A DNA stretch of 64,000 bases from an uncultured bacterium (GCA_965368975.1 CBDUPA010000010.1:96001-160000); one strand, 5' to 3'. Counted from the first letter of the stretch, positions 20,848 through 33,530 are shown. Notes: generated by a model from the sequence alone, not told the origin. A program made the numbers and translations.

Positions 20848-22960
20848 AGAACGTCGAGCCGGGCAACTGCATGTCGATCGGCAGGAAGGTTTCCCTGATC
20901 TCTTCGTCGAGCAGGTTCTTGCCGTAGACCGACAGGCGCAGACCGCGCGCAGCCCGGCCGAGGCTGATGGGGAGATCCCAAGACAGGCGTAGATTCACCA
21001 AGGTGTAAGCCTCCAGCACTGCCGGGGCGCGGCCGCCACTGGCGAAGTTCCAGAAGCTGGGCCCCAGCCGCTCGTCGCGCCAGTGTGCTTCGAGAGCGCC
21101 GCTGAAACCGTTGAAGGGTCCAAAGTAGGCGGCCAGGTTGAGCTTGTTCTCGGGCGCGTAGACGAACTCGATCGGACGACCGTCTGGCCCCAGGGCTCCG
21201 GTGTCGCGATCCGCCTCCTGGTAGCTCCAGTTGACCAGCGCCGTGAACTGATCCGACGGTCGCCAGCGCAGCTCCAGCTCGCCGCCCCGCAGCTCAGCGT
21301 CGTCCGGGTGGTTGACGCTCTGCAAGCGCGTCGGACCACCTCCCTGGAAGGAGAGCACGATGAAGTTGCGCACCTCGGATCGGAACAGGTCGAGCTTGGC
21401 AGAGAACTCTGGATTGAAACGGTGTTCGAGCCCCAGGTCGAAGGTGCGGATCTCCTCGGGCTGCAGTCCCGGGTTGGGCTGGAAGTCTTGGATCGTGTTG
21501 AACACCGGACCGAACTGCAGCCCCAGGAAGGCGGCGTCCTGGTACAGCTCACTGAAGTTGGGGAAGCGGAACGCGGTGGAATAGCCACCGCGCAGCACTG
21601 TGCGCTCGCCCGGGTTGTAGACCAGCGCGATGCGGGGCGACACCTCACTGTCGAAGAGGTCGTTGTCGCCATCGTAGCGAGCCCCCAGGATCAGCTGCAG
21701 ACGGTCGTCGACCAGCGAAATCTGGTCCTGCACATAGACCGCCACCTTGCTGTAGTCGAACACTAGCTCGGAACCGCTGGCGGCCGCCGCGGCCGGCGAC
21801 AGCAGTTCGTCGGTGTGATCGCCGGTGTCGACGCGCCGCGCTTCGACGCCGACCAGCAGATTGTGTGCCTCTCCGGCCTTGAACGCCAAGCGGAAGTCAC
21901 CGATCCACTGGCTGCCGTGGTCGATGGTGCCGGTGAAGTCCGAGTTCTGGCCCGCGGCGTGGCACGACGAACACCGCGAACCGCTGCGTTGGGCGTAGGA
22001 AACGTCACCACTGAAGCTGAGATCCGGGCTCCACTCGTGGCTGAACTTGAGCGCCAGGATGTCGACTTCCTGACTGATCTCAGGAGCGCTGGCGAAGCGG
22101 CTACCGGGAATGAAGCCGGGAGAGTCAAAACCTTCGAGGTCGTCCTCGTGGCGGTAGTAGGACAGCTCCACATCCCCTACCCGAGTCTCGAAATTGCCCT
22201 TGATGTAGACGTCCGAGCCCTCCACTTCCGAATCGGCGTCTTCGGCCCAGAAGTTGGGCGGTAGCTGGCCACTGAACAGACGACCGGAGATCAGGATCGA
22301 GCCATTGCCCAGGCTCTTGCCGTAGGTCAGGCCCAGCGAACGGCTAAGCAGATCGCCGCTGTAGAGTTCCAGCTTGCCGCCTTCCAGGTCCTCACCCGAC
22401 AGGGTGACGATGTTGATTACGCCCCAATAGGCGTTCTCACCGTACAGCGACGACCCCGGACCGCGAACGATTTCCACTCGCTTGATGTTCTGCAGCATGA
22501 AGAAGTCGAAGCCCGGATGCTGCGGGAAGCCACCCTTGTTCCAAGAGTTGTAGGGCACGCCGTCGATCAGCAGCAGCACGCGGCTGGTGAAGGGGTTCTG
22601 ACCGAAGCCGCGGATGTCGATCGTCTGAACCATCGGGTTCCAGCGCACATCGACACCGGCCACCAAGCGCAGCAACTCGGGAATGGTACGCGAACCGGAC
22701 TCACGAATCTGCCGCGCGCTGACCACGCTGACCGACCCGGGCACCTTGGACAGTGGCTGCTCGGTCTTGGTTGCGGCCTGGATGGTGAACTCCTCTTCAC
22801 CAAAGAGGCTGACCTCGCCGAGCGTCGCGGTGCCACCCTGCGCCTTGGCGGACACCGGCGTCCACAATGCCAACAGGGCGGCGACCACAGCGGCGGCCGG
22901 CAAGCAGGGACACGAGCCCGCGCGACGCGGACTCCAGAGATTCGAAGACTTGACTGTCAT
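20822..22960 (-). CDS. TonB-dependent receptor
   Basis: Signal peptide; plug motifs (TIPELLRLVAGV, IDIRG, LLLIDG, IKRVEIVRGPGSSLYG...GVINIVT); AFRFP, GKNLLD, C-terminal Phe. Confidence 0.93.
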   Translation of the reverse strand: MTVKSSNLWSPRRAGSCPCLPAAAVVAALLALWTPVSAKAQGGTATLGEVSLFGEEEFTIQAATKTEQPLSKVPGSVSVVSARQIRESGSRTIPELLRLVAGVDVRWNPMVQTIDIRGFGQNPFTSRVLLLIDGVPYNSWNKGGFPQHPGFDFFMLQNIKRVEIVRGPGSSLYGENAYWGVINIVTLSGEDLEGGKLELYSGDLLSRSLGLTYGKSLGNGSILISGRLFSGQLPPNFWAEDADSEVEGSDVYIKGNFETRVGDVELSYYRHEDDLEGFDSPGFIPGSRFASAPEISQEVDILALKFSHEWSPDLSFSGDVSYAQRSGSRCSSCHAAGQNSDFTGTIDHGSQWIGDFRLAFKAGEAHNLLVGVEARRVDTGDHTDELLSPAAAAASGSELVFDYSKVAVYVQDQISLVDDRLQLILGARYDGDNDLFDSEVSPRIALVYNPGERTVLRGGYSTAFRFPNFSELYQDAAFLGLQFGPVFNTIQDFQPNPGLQPEEIRTFDLGLEHRFNPEFSAKLDLFRSEVRNFIVLSFQGGGPTRLQSVNHPDDAELRGGELELRWRPSDQFTALVNWSYQEADRDTGALGPDGRPIEFVYAPENKLNLAAYFGPFNGFSGALEAHWRDERLGPSFWNFASGGRAPAVLEAYTLVNLRLSWDLPISLGRAARGLRLSVYGKNLLDEEIRETFLPIDMQLPGSTFYGSVEVQF

Positions 22961-23014
22961 GACAACGCACCTCGATCAGGATTGGAAGATAGAAGAACTT
23001 CTAGTATCTCAAGT

Positions 23015-25363
<2,349 letters not shown>

Positions 25364-25592
25364 CGCACTCCTCTAAGGTTCAGAACCGCAGAATGGTAGC
25401 ACAGGGAGCAGGCGATGGACCCTTCGTGATGAATGCCTCTTTCACCTGCCGGTATGCAGCTGGCGTGGCCCCGTAACCCCTCCGTACTCGCGTTTATCAA
25501 TAGGAGCCTTAATAGGCAACCTACGGAATCTTCGCCATTCGGCATCGCAGGTGCCTACGAGTGATCTTCGACCCGAGAACTGGAGTTTGGAC

Positions 25593-27395
25593 ATGAGAGC
25601 AATTCTGGCCGGAGTACTCCTCGCACTGATCACATCCCCCCTCTCCGGACAGTTGGTGATCGCAGCCAGTGAAACTGACAACAGACTGCTCATCGTCGAT
25701 CAGGTCTCAGACACCATCACGACCATCACACTCGACGAGCAGCCGATGGGCGTCGCGATACATCCATGGTTGCCCATCGGCTTCGTCTCAACGGTCGAGG
25801 GCAATGTTCTTCGAGTCGACTTGGAACCGCCCCAGGCCGTGCTTTCCGTTTCGGTAGGAGGAACACTCGTGGGCCTTGATGTCTCCCCAGACGGATCGAC
25901 TCTATATGTCACCCAAAGCGATACGGACAGCTTGCTCATCCTGAGCACCTCCGATCTCCAAGCTCAGCGACCGCCTCTCACTATCAGTCAGAAACCCGTC
26001 GATGTCACGGCGCACCCCTTCGGAAACATTGCCTACGTGATGAAATACCGAGACCCTGGCGGCTCTCTGTCACAGACCTTGGCTGTCATCGACACGGAGC
26101 AGAACACCGCCAGCGGCTCAGTTGCGACGGGGCTTCTACCTAGGGACCTGGCAGTTTCCTCGACCGGACTCGCGATTACATCCGATGCGGGGAACAACTG
26201 CCCGAGTTCCGGCGGATTCACCGTCTTCGCCACGGCGGCGCCAGCAACTGCGACTACGGTCCAACTTGGGCATGGAACGATGGGCGCGGCTATCCGCGAT
26301 GCCGGCACTGCGATTCTCGGTGTGCCATGTGGAGACCCGAAGGGAATCGCCTACGTGAATCTACAGACTGCAACACTGGAACGACGACTGTTTCCTCAAC
26401 TGGGAGAGGTCAGTGCGGTAGCGACAAACAGCTCCGGTAGCAAGGCCTACGTCATTGGAGCGCGCAGCGGTCAGCTGCAAGAACTCTCGATTCTGGATCT
26501 CCAGGCGGAAACCATCATCAGTACCACGGCACTGTCGCAATTCGAATTGCGCCCTCGATACCTGGCGAGCCAGAAGGGGCGAGTACCACCATTCCTTCTG
26601 CCTCCAATCGGCGGCGACCTGCAGATCACTAGCAAGGAAATCAGCGCGGTGCTCGACCACTCGGAAACCACCTACAATTGTGATCACAACTGCGTAGGAT
26701 GCCCGAAGGCATGCGATGGCCTGGTTACAGCTTTCACAGGCCAACAAGGCAAGATCGAATTCGGTGAGAATCTGGCCCCACCGGGCTACCGTCAAGATTG
26801 CTCAGGAACCCCGTTCACACTGAACAACGCAGTGCAATATTCCGGCACGACTGGCGGCAGTATCAGTACCACCTGCGGTGGGGGCTTGGATCCCGATGCC
26901 CTGCATTTCCTGGACTACGACGGGCACTCAGGGTACGACTTCAAGTACAGTGAAGGTACTCCCATTCTGGCTGCGGCAGAAGGAATTCTCGAAGTTCCGA
27001 CCGAGGACATCATCAATGGAAACCCCGGCGGCTTCAACTCGCTCCGTATCCGCCATAGTAATGGGTATGAGACCTGGTATCTGCACGCCCTGGAAGGCTC
27101 TGAATGCATCTTGTTTCCTAGCTGTCCTCCTGCCCCAGGAGCCTCGGTCGAAGTGAGAGCAGGCCAACAGATAGCCACTATCAGCGACACCGGATTGGCC
27201 TGCACCTGCCCACATCTACACTTCGAGGTTCGCCGCTCATCCGATCAACACATCATCGAACCGTTTGGTTGTACCTCGGAGATCACTGCACAGAATCCGG
27301 ACGCGTGCATCGACTACCTGTGGCGGGATGACGGCATCTACCTGGATGGTTTCGAGAGCGGAGATCTGAACCGCTGGACGCAGGTAATCCCCTGA
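25593..27395 (+). CDS. Secreted YVTN-like beta-propeller + M23 metallopeptidase with C-terminal DGFESGD motif
   Basis: Signal peptide; propeller repeats (DVSPDGSTLYV, GSKAYV); M23 HSGYD, YLH, HLHFEVR; ends IYLDGFESGDLNRWTQVIP. Confidence 0.8.
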   Translation: MRAILAGVLLALITSPLSGQLVIAASETDNRLLIVDQVSDTITTITLDEQPMGVAIHPWLPIGFVSTVEGNVLRVDLEPPQAVLSVSVGGTLVGLDVSPDGSTLYVTQSDTDSLLILSTSDLQAQRPPLTISQKPVDVTAHPFGNIAYVMKYRDPGGSLSQTLAVIDTEQNTASGSVATGLLPRDLAVSSTGLAITSDAGNNCPSSGGFTVFATAAPATATTVQLGHGTMGAAIRDAGTAILGVPCGDPKGIAYVNLQTATLERRLFPQLGEVSAVATNSSGSKAYVIGARSGQLQELSILDLQAETIISTTALSQFELRPRYLASQKGRVPPFLLPPIGGDLQITSKEISAVLDHSETTYNCDHNCVGCPKACDGLVTAFTGQQGKIEFGENLAPPGYRQDCSGTPFTLNNAVQYSGTTGGSISTTCGGGLDPDALHFLDYDGHSGYDFKYSEGTPILAAAEGILEVPTEDIINGNPGGFNSLRIRHSNGYETWYLHALEGSECILFPSCPPAPGASVEVRAGQQIATISDTGLACTCPHLHFEVRRSSDQHIIEPFGCTSEITAQNPDACIDYLWRDDGIYLDGFESGDLNRWTQVIP

Positions 27396-27426
27396 AACTG
27401 GGCGACATTGAGTCCGGCAGCTACCC

Positions 27427-27469
27427 TTGACATCTCAGCTCAAATGAACCACATTTGTGACTACATTTG
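27427..27469 (+). promoter_or_regulatory. Probable promoter/operator of the toxin-antitoxin operon
   Basis: Perfect TTGACA at 27427; inverted repeat CAAATG-N5-CATTTG (27441-27457); ACATTTG repeated at 27451 and 27463. Confidence 0.6.
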
Positions 27470-27502
27470 GGGCTGATTGGTGAACACACGAGGATCAAGG
27501 GA

Positions 27503-27844
27503 ATGAGCAAAAGGACCGGGGATCAAGAGCCAGCTCGAAGTCGTGCCCAGAGCAGGAGCCCATGCATCACGGCACGCAAAGTAGGCGTGCGAGAGCTGAA
27601 GTCCCATGCTTCTGAGATTCTGTCTGAGGTTCGGGAACAACAGGCCGAGTACATTGTCACCCACCGGGGGCATCCGGTCGGACTTCTGGTACCCCATCCA
27701 GAGATGCAGGAACTTCCGTTGCAGCAGAACTCGGGTGGCAATGTTGAAGCATGGCAACAGCTGGAACAGCTGGGCCGGCAGATCGGCAAGCACTGGCAAG
27801 GCGATTCGACACCGACCGAGGCCGTGAGCGAGCAACGTCGCTGA
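27503..27844 (+). CDS. Phd/YefM-family antitoxin
   Basis: VGVRELKSHASEILSEV...YIVTHRGHPVGLLVP signature. Confidence 0.85.
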   Translation: MSKRTGDQEPARSRAQSRSPCITARKVGVRELKSHASEILSEVREQQAEYIVTHRGHPVGLLVPHPEMQELPLQQNSGGNVEAWQQLEQLGRQIGKHWQGDSTPTEAVSEQRR

Positions 27845-27852
27845 GAACCGAC

Positions 27853-28404
27853 TTGCCACGAGAATCTTCTTCCTCTGCGGCGCACAGTGACCTCGCCAAC
27901 CTGCGCCTCGAGACCCTGCGCGTGACCGTAGACGCGAGCGTCTTCCTCAATGCCTTCCTGCAAACGGAAAGCGGCTGGAAGACCAGTCATCGGCTGCTCC
28001 AGAGACTGCAGGAGGCAGAGGTTCCGCTTCTCGAGCCGGCACTCGTTCTGCCCGAAATTGCCGGCAGCATCGCTCGAAACTGTCCGGGCTGGGAAGACTT
28101 GGGTGTAGGCTTCACCCAAAGCTTGGCTCAACTACCTCACCTGATTCTCATCCCCATTGACGCTTCCTGGGCTTTGGCCAGTGCACGTGCTGCAGCCAGC
28201 AACCGTTTGCGAGGGGCCGACGCGACCTATGCAGCGGTCGCCCGCCGCTTTGATTCCGTTCTGATCAGCCTGGACCGACAACAGCTGGAACGTACAGCTG
28301 AACTGCTCACAACCACACGACCTGGGCCATTGCTACAAACTCTCTTCGGCGAATCCATGGATGACCAGCCCATCGACTCTGGTGGGCTGTATCCAGTCGA
28401 CTGA
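27853..28404 (+). CDS. vapC: VapC-family PIN-domain toxin
   Basis: VDASV, LPEI, LRGADATY, SLD PIN motifs; directly downstream of the antitoxin; start uncertain (TTG 27853 or GTG 27922). Confidence 0.8.
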   Translation: MPRESSSSAAHSDLANLRLETLRVTVDASVFLNAFLQTESGWKTSHRLLQRLQEAEVPLLEPALVLPEIAGSIARNCPGWEDLGVGFTQSLAQLPHLILIPIDASWALASARAAASNRLRGADATYAAVARRFDSVLISLDRQQLERTAELLTTTRPGPLLQTLFGESMDDQPIDSGGLYPVD

Positions 28405-28409
28405 GCTGC

Positions 28410-30668
28410 ATGCACATCCGCCCCGGTAAACCCGACCCGCTGGGTGCTCACTTCGATGGCAACGGTGTCAACTTCGCTCTCTTCTCGTCGGTGGCGGAGC
28501 GCGTCGAACTGTGCTTGTTCGACGCTACCGACACCCACACCGCACCCGACACCGATGCGCCACGGACGGAGCGGCGCCTGACGTTGCCCGCACGCACCGG
28601 GGATGTCTGGCACGGCTACGCGCCGGGCTTGCAGCCGGGACAGCGCTACGGCTACCGGGTCCACGGACGCTACAACCCTGCGTCCGGACAGCGCTGCAAT
28701 CCTTTCAAGCTGCTGCTCGATCCCTACGCACGCGCGCTCGACGGCTCGCTCACCTGGGGACCCGATCTGCAGGGCGACGACAAGCGCGATAGTGCCCCCT
28801 CGGTGCCCAAGGCAGTGGTGGTCGAGGGCCGTGCCAAGCGTGATCGCTCCGCAACCTCCGGCAACCACTTCGACTGGCAAGGCGACACGCCACCGGCCAT
28901 CCCCTGGCACGACTCGGTGATCTACGAGTGCCACGTCAAGGGCATGACGCAGCGGCACCCACAGGTGCCACCGGAGCATCGCGGCACCTACCTCGGCCTG
29001 ACGGCTCCCGCAGTGCTCGATCACCTGCGCCATCTGGGGGTGACTGCGGTCCAGCTGCTGCCGGTGCACGCATTCGTCTCCGAACAACGGCTGACGGAGT
29101 TGGGATTGACCAACTACTGGGGCTACAACACGCTCGCCTTCTTCGCGCCCCATCCGGGCTACGCCCGCGGCGGTGCCCATAAGACACAGGGCAAGCCGCT
29201 GGCCGTCGTCGACGAGTTCAAGACGATGGTGCGCGAGCTGCACCGGGCAGGCTTCGAAGTCCTGCTGGATGTGGTCTACAACCACACCGCCGAGGGTGAC
29301 CACCGTGGTCCGACGCTCAGCCTGCGCGGCCTCGACAATCCAGCCTACTACCATTTGAACGCCGAGAATCCAGAGCACTACCTGAACTTGACCGGCTGCG
29401 GCAACACCCTCGATTTCGGCCACGCGGCGACGCGCCGGCTGGTGCTCGATAGCTTGCGCTATTGGGTGTCGGAGATGCACGTCGACGGCTTCCGTTTCGA
29501 TCTGGCACCGGTGCTCGGACGCGATGCGGGCCTGCGACCAGACCGCTCTCGCCAAGGCGCGAACTTCACCTCGACGGCACGCTTCTTCGAGCTGGTGCGC
29601 CAGGATCCGCTGCTCCAACGCGTCAAGCTGATCGCCGAGCCCTGGGACGTCGGTCCCGGCGGCTACCAGCTGGGGCACTTCCCGCCCGGGTGGAGCGAGC
29701 TCAACGATCGCTACCGCGACACCGTGCGCGCCTTCTGGCGCGGCGACAGTGGTCAGACCGCGGAACTGGCGAGCCGTCTGACCGGCAGCTCGGACATCTT
29801 CAGCACGCGCGGCCCCCACGCCAGCATCAACCACGTGACCTGTCACGACGGCTTTACCCTGCGCGACCTGGTCAGCTATGCCCACAAACACAACCTGGCC
29901 AACGGCGAAGCCAACCACGACGGGCACGGCAACAACCTCAGCTCCGGCTGGGGTTTCGAGGGAAAGACCACCGATCCACGGATCCGCGCCCGGCGTCAGC
30001 GTGTACTGCGCTCGCTGTGGTCGACACTGGTGCTGTCCCAGGGCGTCCCCCTGCTACGCCACGGCGACGAACTGGCGCACACGCAGAATGGCAACAACAA
30101 TGCCTACTGCCAGGACAACGAGATCTCCTGGCTCGACTGGCGCCCGCTCCTGGACCCCGCCTCGCACCAAGAGCAGCGCGAAGCCCAGTGCTGGTGGACG
30201 TTCTGTGTCCGCGCCCTGCGTCTGCGTGCCCAGTTTCGCGTCCTGCGACGACGCGGCTTCTTCTGTGGCTGCGCCACGCTCCCGGGCAGCACCCGCGACC
30301 TCGTCTGGCGACATCCCGACGGCCGCGAACTCGGCACCAGCGACTGGCAGAGTCCCCACCTGCACGCGCTGGCGATGCAACTCGATGGCTTCGCGGCCGA
30401 CGACCATCGGTTGGAGTCGGATACTGTGCCCACCAGTTCCCGCTCCGGCACTACCCTGCTGGCCCTGTTCAACGGCAGCTCAAGGGCCTTGGCCTTCAGG
30501 CTACCGCCAGGACACTGGCGCTGCCTGCTCGACAGCGCGTTCTATCCGCGCCGCCCAAGGCCGGCCGGCCCTGTCCGCGACGGTGGCCCTGTCCGGAACG
30601 GTGGTATCTACGAGTTGGCAGCACACGCGGTGGCGCTGTTGGCGCTGCAGCCCCCCACCATCGGCTAG
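28410..30668 (+). CDS. glgX: Glycogen debranching enzyme (GH13)
   Basis: GVNFALFS, NYWGYN, DVVYNHTAEG, DGFRFDLA, IAEPWD, HDGFTLRDLVSY, NNNAYCQDN. Confidence 0.95.
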   Translation: MHIRPGKPDPLGAHFDGNGVNFALFSSVAERVELCLFDATDTHTAPDTDAPRTERRLTLPARTGDVWHGYAPGLQPGQRYGYRVHGRYNPASGQRCNPFKLLLDPYARALDGSLTWGPDLQGDDKRDSAPSVPKAVVVEGRAKRDRSATSGNHFDWQGDTPPAIPWHDSVIYECHVKGMTQRHPQVPPEHRGTYLGLTAPAVLDHLRHLGVTAVQLLPVHAFVSEQRLTELGLTNYWGYNTLAFFAPHPGYARGGAHKTQGKPLAVVDEFKTMVRELHRAGFEVLLDVVYNHTAEGDHRGPTLSLRGLDNPAYYHLNAENPEHYLNLTGCGNTLDFGHAATRRLVLDSLRYWVSEMHVDGFRFDLAPVLGRDAGLRPDRSRQGANFTSTARFFELVRQDPLLQRVKLIAEPWDVGPGGYQLGHFPPGWSELNDRYRDTVRAFWRGDSGQTAELASRLTGSSDIFSTRGPHASINHVTCHDGFTLRDLVSYAHKHNLANGEANHDGHGNNLSSGWGFEGKTTDPRIRARRQRVLRSLWSTLVLSQGVPLLRHGDELAHTQNGNNNAYCQDNEISWLDWRPLLDPASHQEQREAQCWWTFCVRALRLRAQFRVLRRRGFFCGCATLPGSTRDLVWRHPDGRELGTSDWQSPHLHALAMQLDGFAADDHRLESDTVPTSSRSGTTLLALFNGSSRALAFRLPPGHWRCLLDSAFYPRRPRPAGPVRDGGPVRNGGIYELAAHAVALLALQPPTIG

Positions 30669-31378
30669 ACCAACTCGACGAGCCCGCGCGGCCCTTCGAG
30701 TTCCGCCACCAAGCGCGGTTCGGCACCGGCCGTCACGTGCCAGGTCTCGAGCCCCAAGGCCTGCAAATCCGCCTGCACTCGCGCCGGATCGGGTGCTTCG
30801 AGACGCAGCCGGTGCAGACGAAGCGGTGCGTCGAGGTGTACCGACGGATGCGCCCTAGTCGCCCCATTTTCAGCACCCCAATCGATCAGGAAGGGCACCA
30901 GCCCACCATGACGCAGCCGCAAATCCTCCGGTAGCGCCAGGCGCCACGACAACTCGGTACCGTCCGGCCGGCGCCGACGCATCGCCTGCACTGGCCCCGG
31001 ATCGTAGCCGGCAGCGCGGCTGGCCGTGGCCAGGGCGTCGATCGCCGTCGTGCGCACCGCCCAGGTGCAGAGCCGGGGCTGGGTAAGTCCGTCCAGGCCG
31101 AAGGGCAAGGGCGCAACCTGCTCGGTTTCTACTGCGTCGGCACCCTCTGGATCAGGACCGATCACCTCGAAGTAGGCACCGTGCCCAGACGCCAGCTGCA
31201 GGCCCAGAAGGCGGTTCGCCGTGCCCCAGCCTGGATGCCGGCCTCCCGGGGCGAGACGCACGCCGAGGAGGTCTTCGACCTGCTCGACGCCCGTAGCCAG
31301 GTCCGCAACGCCAAAGACGAGGTGGTCGAGAATCGGCTCCGCGGAGGTCGTGTGGTGGTGGGCTCGTCCTGTCCTCAT
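30665..31378 (-). CDS. VOC-family (Glyoxalase_3-like) protein
   Basis: LDHLVFGV, GGRHPGWGTANRL, YFEVI, PFLIDW..HP. Confidence 0.85.
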   Translation of the reverse strand: MRTGRAHHHTTSAEPILDHLVFGVADLATGVEQVEDLLGVRLAPGGRHPGWGTANRLLGLQLASGHGAYFEVIGPDPEGADAVETEQVAPLPFGLDGLTQPRLCTWAVRTTAIDALATASRAAGYDPGPVQAMRRRRPDGTELSWRLALPEDLRLRHGGLVPFLIDWGAENGATRAHPSVHLDAPLRLHRLRLEAPDPARVQADLQALGLETWHVTAGAEPRLVAELEGPRGLVELV

Positions 31379-31582
31379 ATCTCTCTAGCCTACCAGCAGC
31401 CGACCAGCTCGAGCGGCGTGTCCCAGGCCTGCGGGCGAGCTGCCTACGAACAAGCGCAGGAGGTGGCAGGCAATGCGGGGCGGGTATAGACTTAGAACAG
31501 GCAGGTGGGATTCGAAGCCGTGAAGGACGCCCCCCGGCGCCTCTCGCGTCATCGTTCACCACGCTTCCCAAAGGAGACAGCC

Positions 31583-33280
31583 ATGCGACATGCACGCAGT
31601 CTCACCCTCCTGATACTTTCCCTGGCCGCCTTGCTGGTATTGCCCGCTTCGGCAGCCGACGACCGAGTCGCTGAAGTCTATGCCAAGGGCTCGGTCCTGG
31701 TCTTCGAGCCGACGCTCGAATTCGACACCGTCCAACTCACCGTGCGCGGTCCGAAGCGCACGCTGACGCAGGACGTCTTTCCCTTCGGCCGTGCCTTCGT
31801 CTGGGACGCTCTCGCGAACGACGTGCGGCGGCCGGACGGTGCCTACACTTTCCACCTGCAGGTGCAGCCCTTGATCGACAAGGAAGCGCGCGAACTGGTC
31901 GCCGCTTCGCGCGAGAAGGGCAATGAGGACGAAGTTTTCGTGCGCCTGTGTGAAGAGCGGCGTTTGCCCGCCGAACCGATCACCCAGAGCGGCTACTTCC
32001 ACCTGCTCGAAGGACAGGTGATCCTGGGTGGACCGGCGGAGGAGGAAGGTGAAAAACCACCGCCACCGCCCGACATTGATGGTCGGCTGGCGGCACGCGG
32101 TCGCGACGTCTCGGCCGGCCTCGAAGTGCTGCCCGAGGCGGACTTCGTGATCCTCGACGACCTGATCGTCGATGGTTCGGCGTGCATCGGCTTCGACTGC
32201 GTCAACGGCGAATCCTTCGGCTTCGACACCATCCGGCTGAAGGAGAACAACCTACGCATCAAGTTCGACGACACCTCGACCGCCGCTTCCTACCCACGCA
32301 ATGACTGGCAGCTGACCGCCAACGACAGCGCCAACGGCGGCGCCAGCAAGTTCTCGATCGACGACATCAGCGGCGGCCGCACGCCGTTCACCGTCGAAGC
32401 CAGTGCACCGAGCAACTCGCTGTACGTCGACGATTCCGGCCGCGTCGGCTTCGGAACTTCGACCCCGTACGTCGAGCTCCATACGGTCGATGGCGACACA
32501 CCGACGGTGCGCCTGGAACAGACTGGAGCCTCGGGCTTCGCGCCCCAGAGCTGGGACGTCGCCGGCAACGAAACCAACTTCTTCGTCCGCGACGTCACCA
32601 GCGGCTCGACCCTGCCGTTCCGCATCCGCCCGGGCGCTTCGAGCAGCTCGCTCTACATTGATTCCGACGACGACATCGGCATCGGCACGGCCAGCCCAAG
32701 CGAAGACATCCACATCGTGCGCAACAGCGTACCAGTGGGCGTCAAGCTGGAAAACAGCGCTGACGGGCGCGACTGGTCGTTCAAGCTCAGCGGCAGCGGC
32801 TTCGCCATCAACGAAGAGAGCGAAGCCTCGACCCTGCTGCTGCGCGACAGCGGTGAGATGCGCGTCGGCAACAACGGCACGGAGATGATGGTGCTGCAAA
32901 CCGATGGCGACCTGATCATCGACGGTACCTTGACCGAGAACTCCAACGTCCATGCCAAGCAGGACTTCCAGCCGGTCGATCCGAACGCCGTACTGGAACG
33001 CCTGGCAGCGCTCGAGGTGACCACCTGGTCCTTCAAGCGCGACCCGACAGTGCGCCACATGGGGCCTACGGCCCAGGACTTCCGCGCCAGCTTCGGCCTC
33101 GGTGAGTTCGAAGACAAGCTCGCCCCGGTCGACGTGCGCGGTGTCACTCTGGCCGCCGTCCAGGCCCTCTACCAGCAGCTGCAGAACCAGGCCGAGCAAC
33201 TCGACGCTCTGCGCGCCGAGAACGCCACCCTGGTCGAACGCCTGACCGCCCTGGAGACGGCCGGCGTTGCGGCCCCGTAG
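31583..33280 (+). CDS. Secreted tail-fibre-like protein with C-terminal peptidase S74 intramolecular chaperone (paralog 1)
   Basis: AAGGAG RBS; signal peptide ..PASA; conserved C-x4-C core; IGIGTASP repeats; S-NVHA-K, HMGPTAQDF; coiled-coil tail. Confidence 0.85.
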   Translation: MRHARSLTLLILSLAALLVLPASAADDRVAEVYAKGSVLVFEPTLEFDTVQLTVRGPKRTLTQDVFPFGRAFVWDALANDVRRPDGAYTFHLQVQPLIDKEARELVAASREKGNEDEVFVRLCEERRLPAEPITQSGYFHLLEGQVILGGPAEEEGEKPPPPPDIDGRLAARGRDVSAGLEVLPEADFVILDDLIVDGSACIGFDCVNGESFGFDTIRLKENNLRIKFDDTSTAASYPRNDWQLTANDSANGGASKFSIDDISGGRTPFTVEASAPSNSLYVDDSGRVGFGTSTPYVELHTVDGDTPTVRLEQTGASGFAPQSWDVAGNETNFFVRDVTSGSTLPFRIRPGASSSSLYIDSDDDIGIGTASPSEDIHIVRNSVPVGVKLENSADGRDWSFKLSGSGFAINEESEASTLLLRDSGEMRVGNNGTEMMVLQTDGDLIIDGTLTENSNVHAKQDFQPVDPNAVLERLAALEVTTWSFKRDPTVRHMGPTAQDFRASFGLGEFEDKLAPVDVRGVTLAAVQALYQQLQNQAEQLDALRAENATLVERLTALETAGVAAP

Positions 33281-33380
33281 CTCCACCCGCCAACCCACAA
33301 CCCGCCCGCCACCTGCCTACCGGCGGCCGCCAAGGCCCAGCGCCAACCGCGGACCGCCGGTTCCTCGTTGGTAGGCATGC

Positions 33381-33450
33381 CGCCAGAAACAGCCCCTTTC
33401 CGTCAGAAAGAGCCCTTCCGTCAGAAAAGCCTCTCCCGTCAGAAAAAGCG
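33381..33450 (+). repeat. Four direct repeats of CG(T/C)CAGAAA..AGC, period 18-20 bp
   Basis: Copies start at 33381, 33401, 33419 and 33437, upstream of paralog 2. Confidence 0.8.
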
Positions 33451-33530
33451 GATGCATTTCGAATGCACGAGTACCGGCTACTCAGCCGGCACTTCCATCA
33501 TCTATGACTTTCTACGGGAAGGAGACCACC

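Noticed and set aside
33381-33450. Mini CRISPR array
   Set aside because: The 18-20 bp period is too short, there are no unique spacers, and no cas genes
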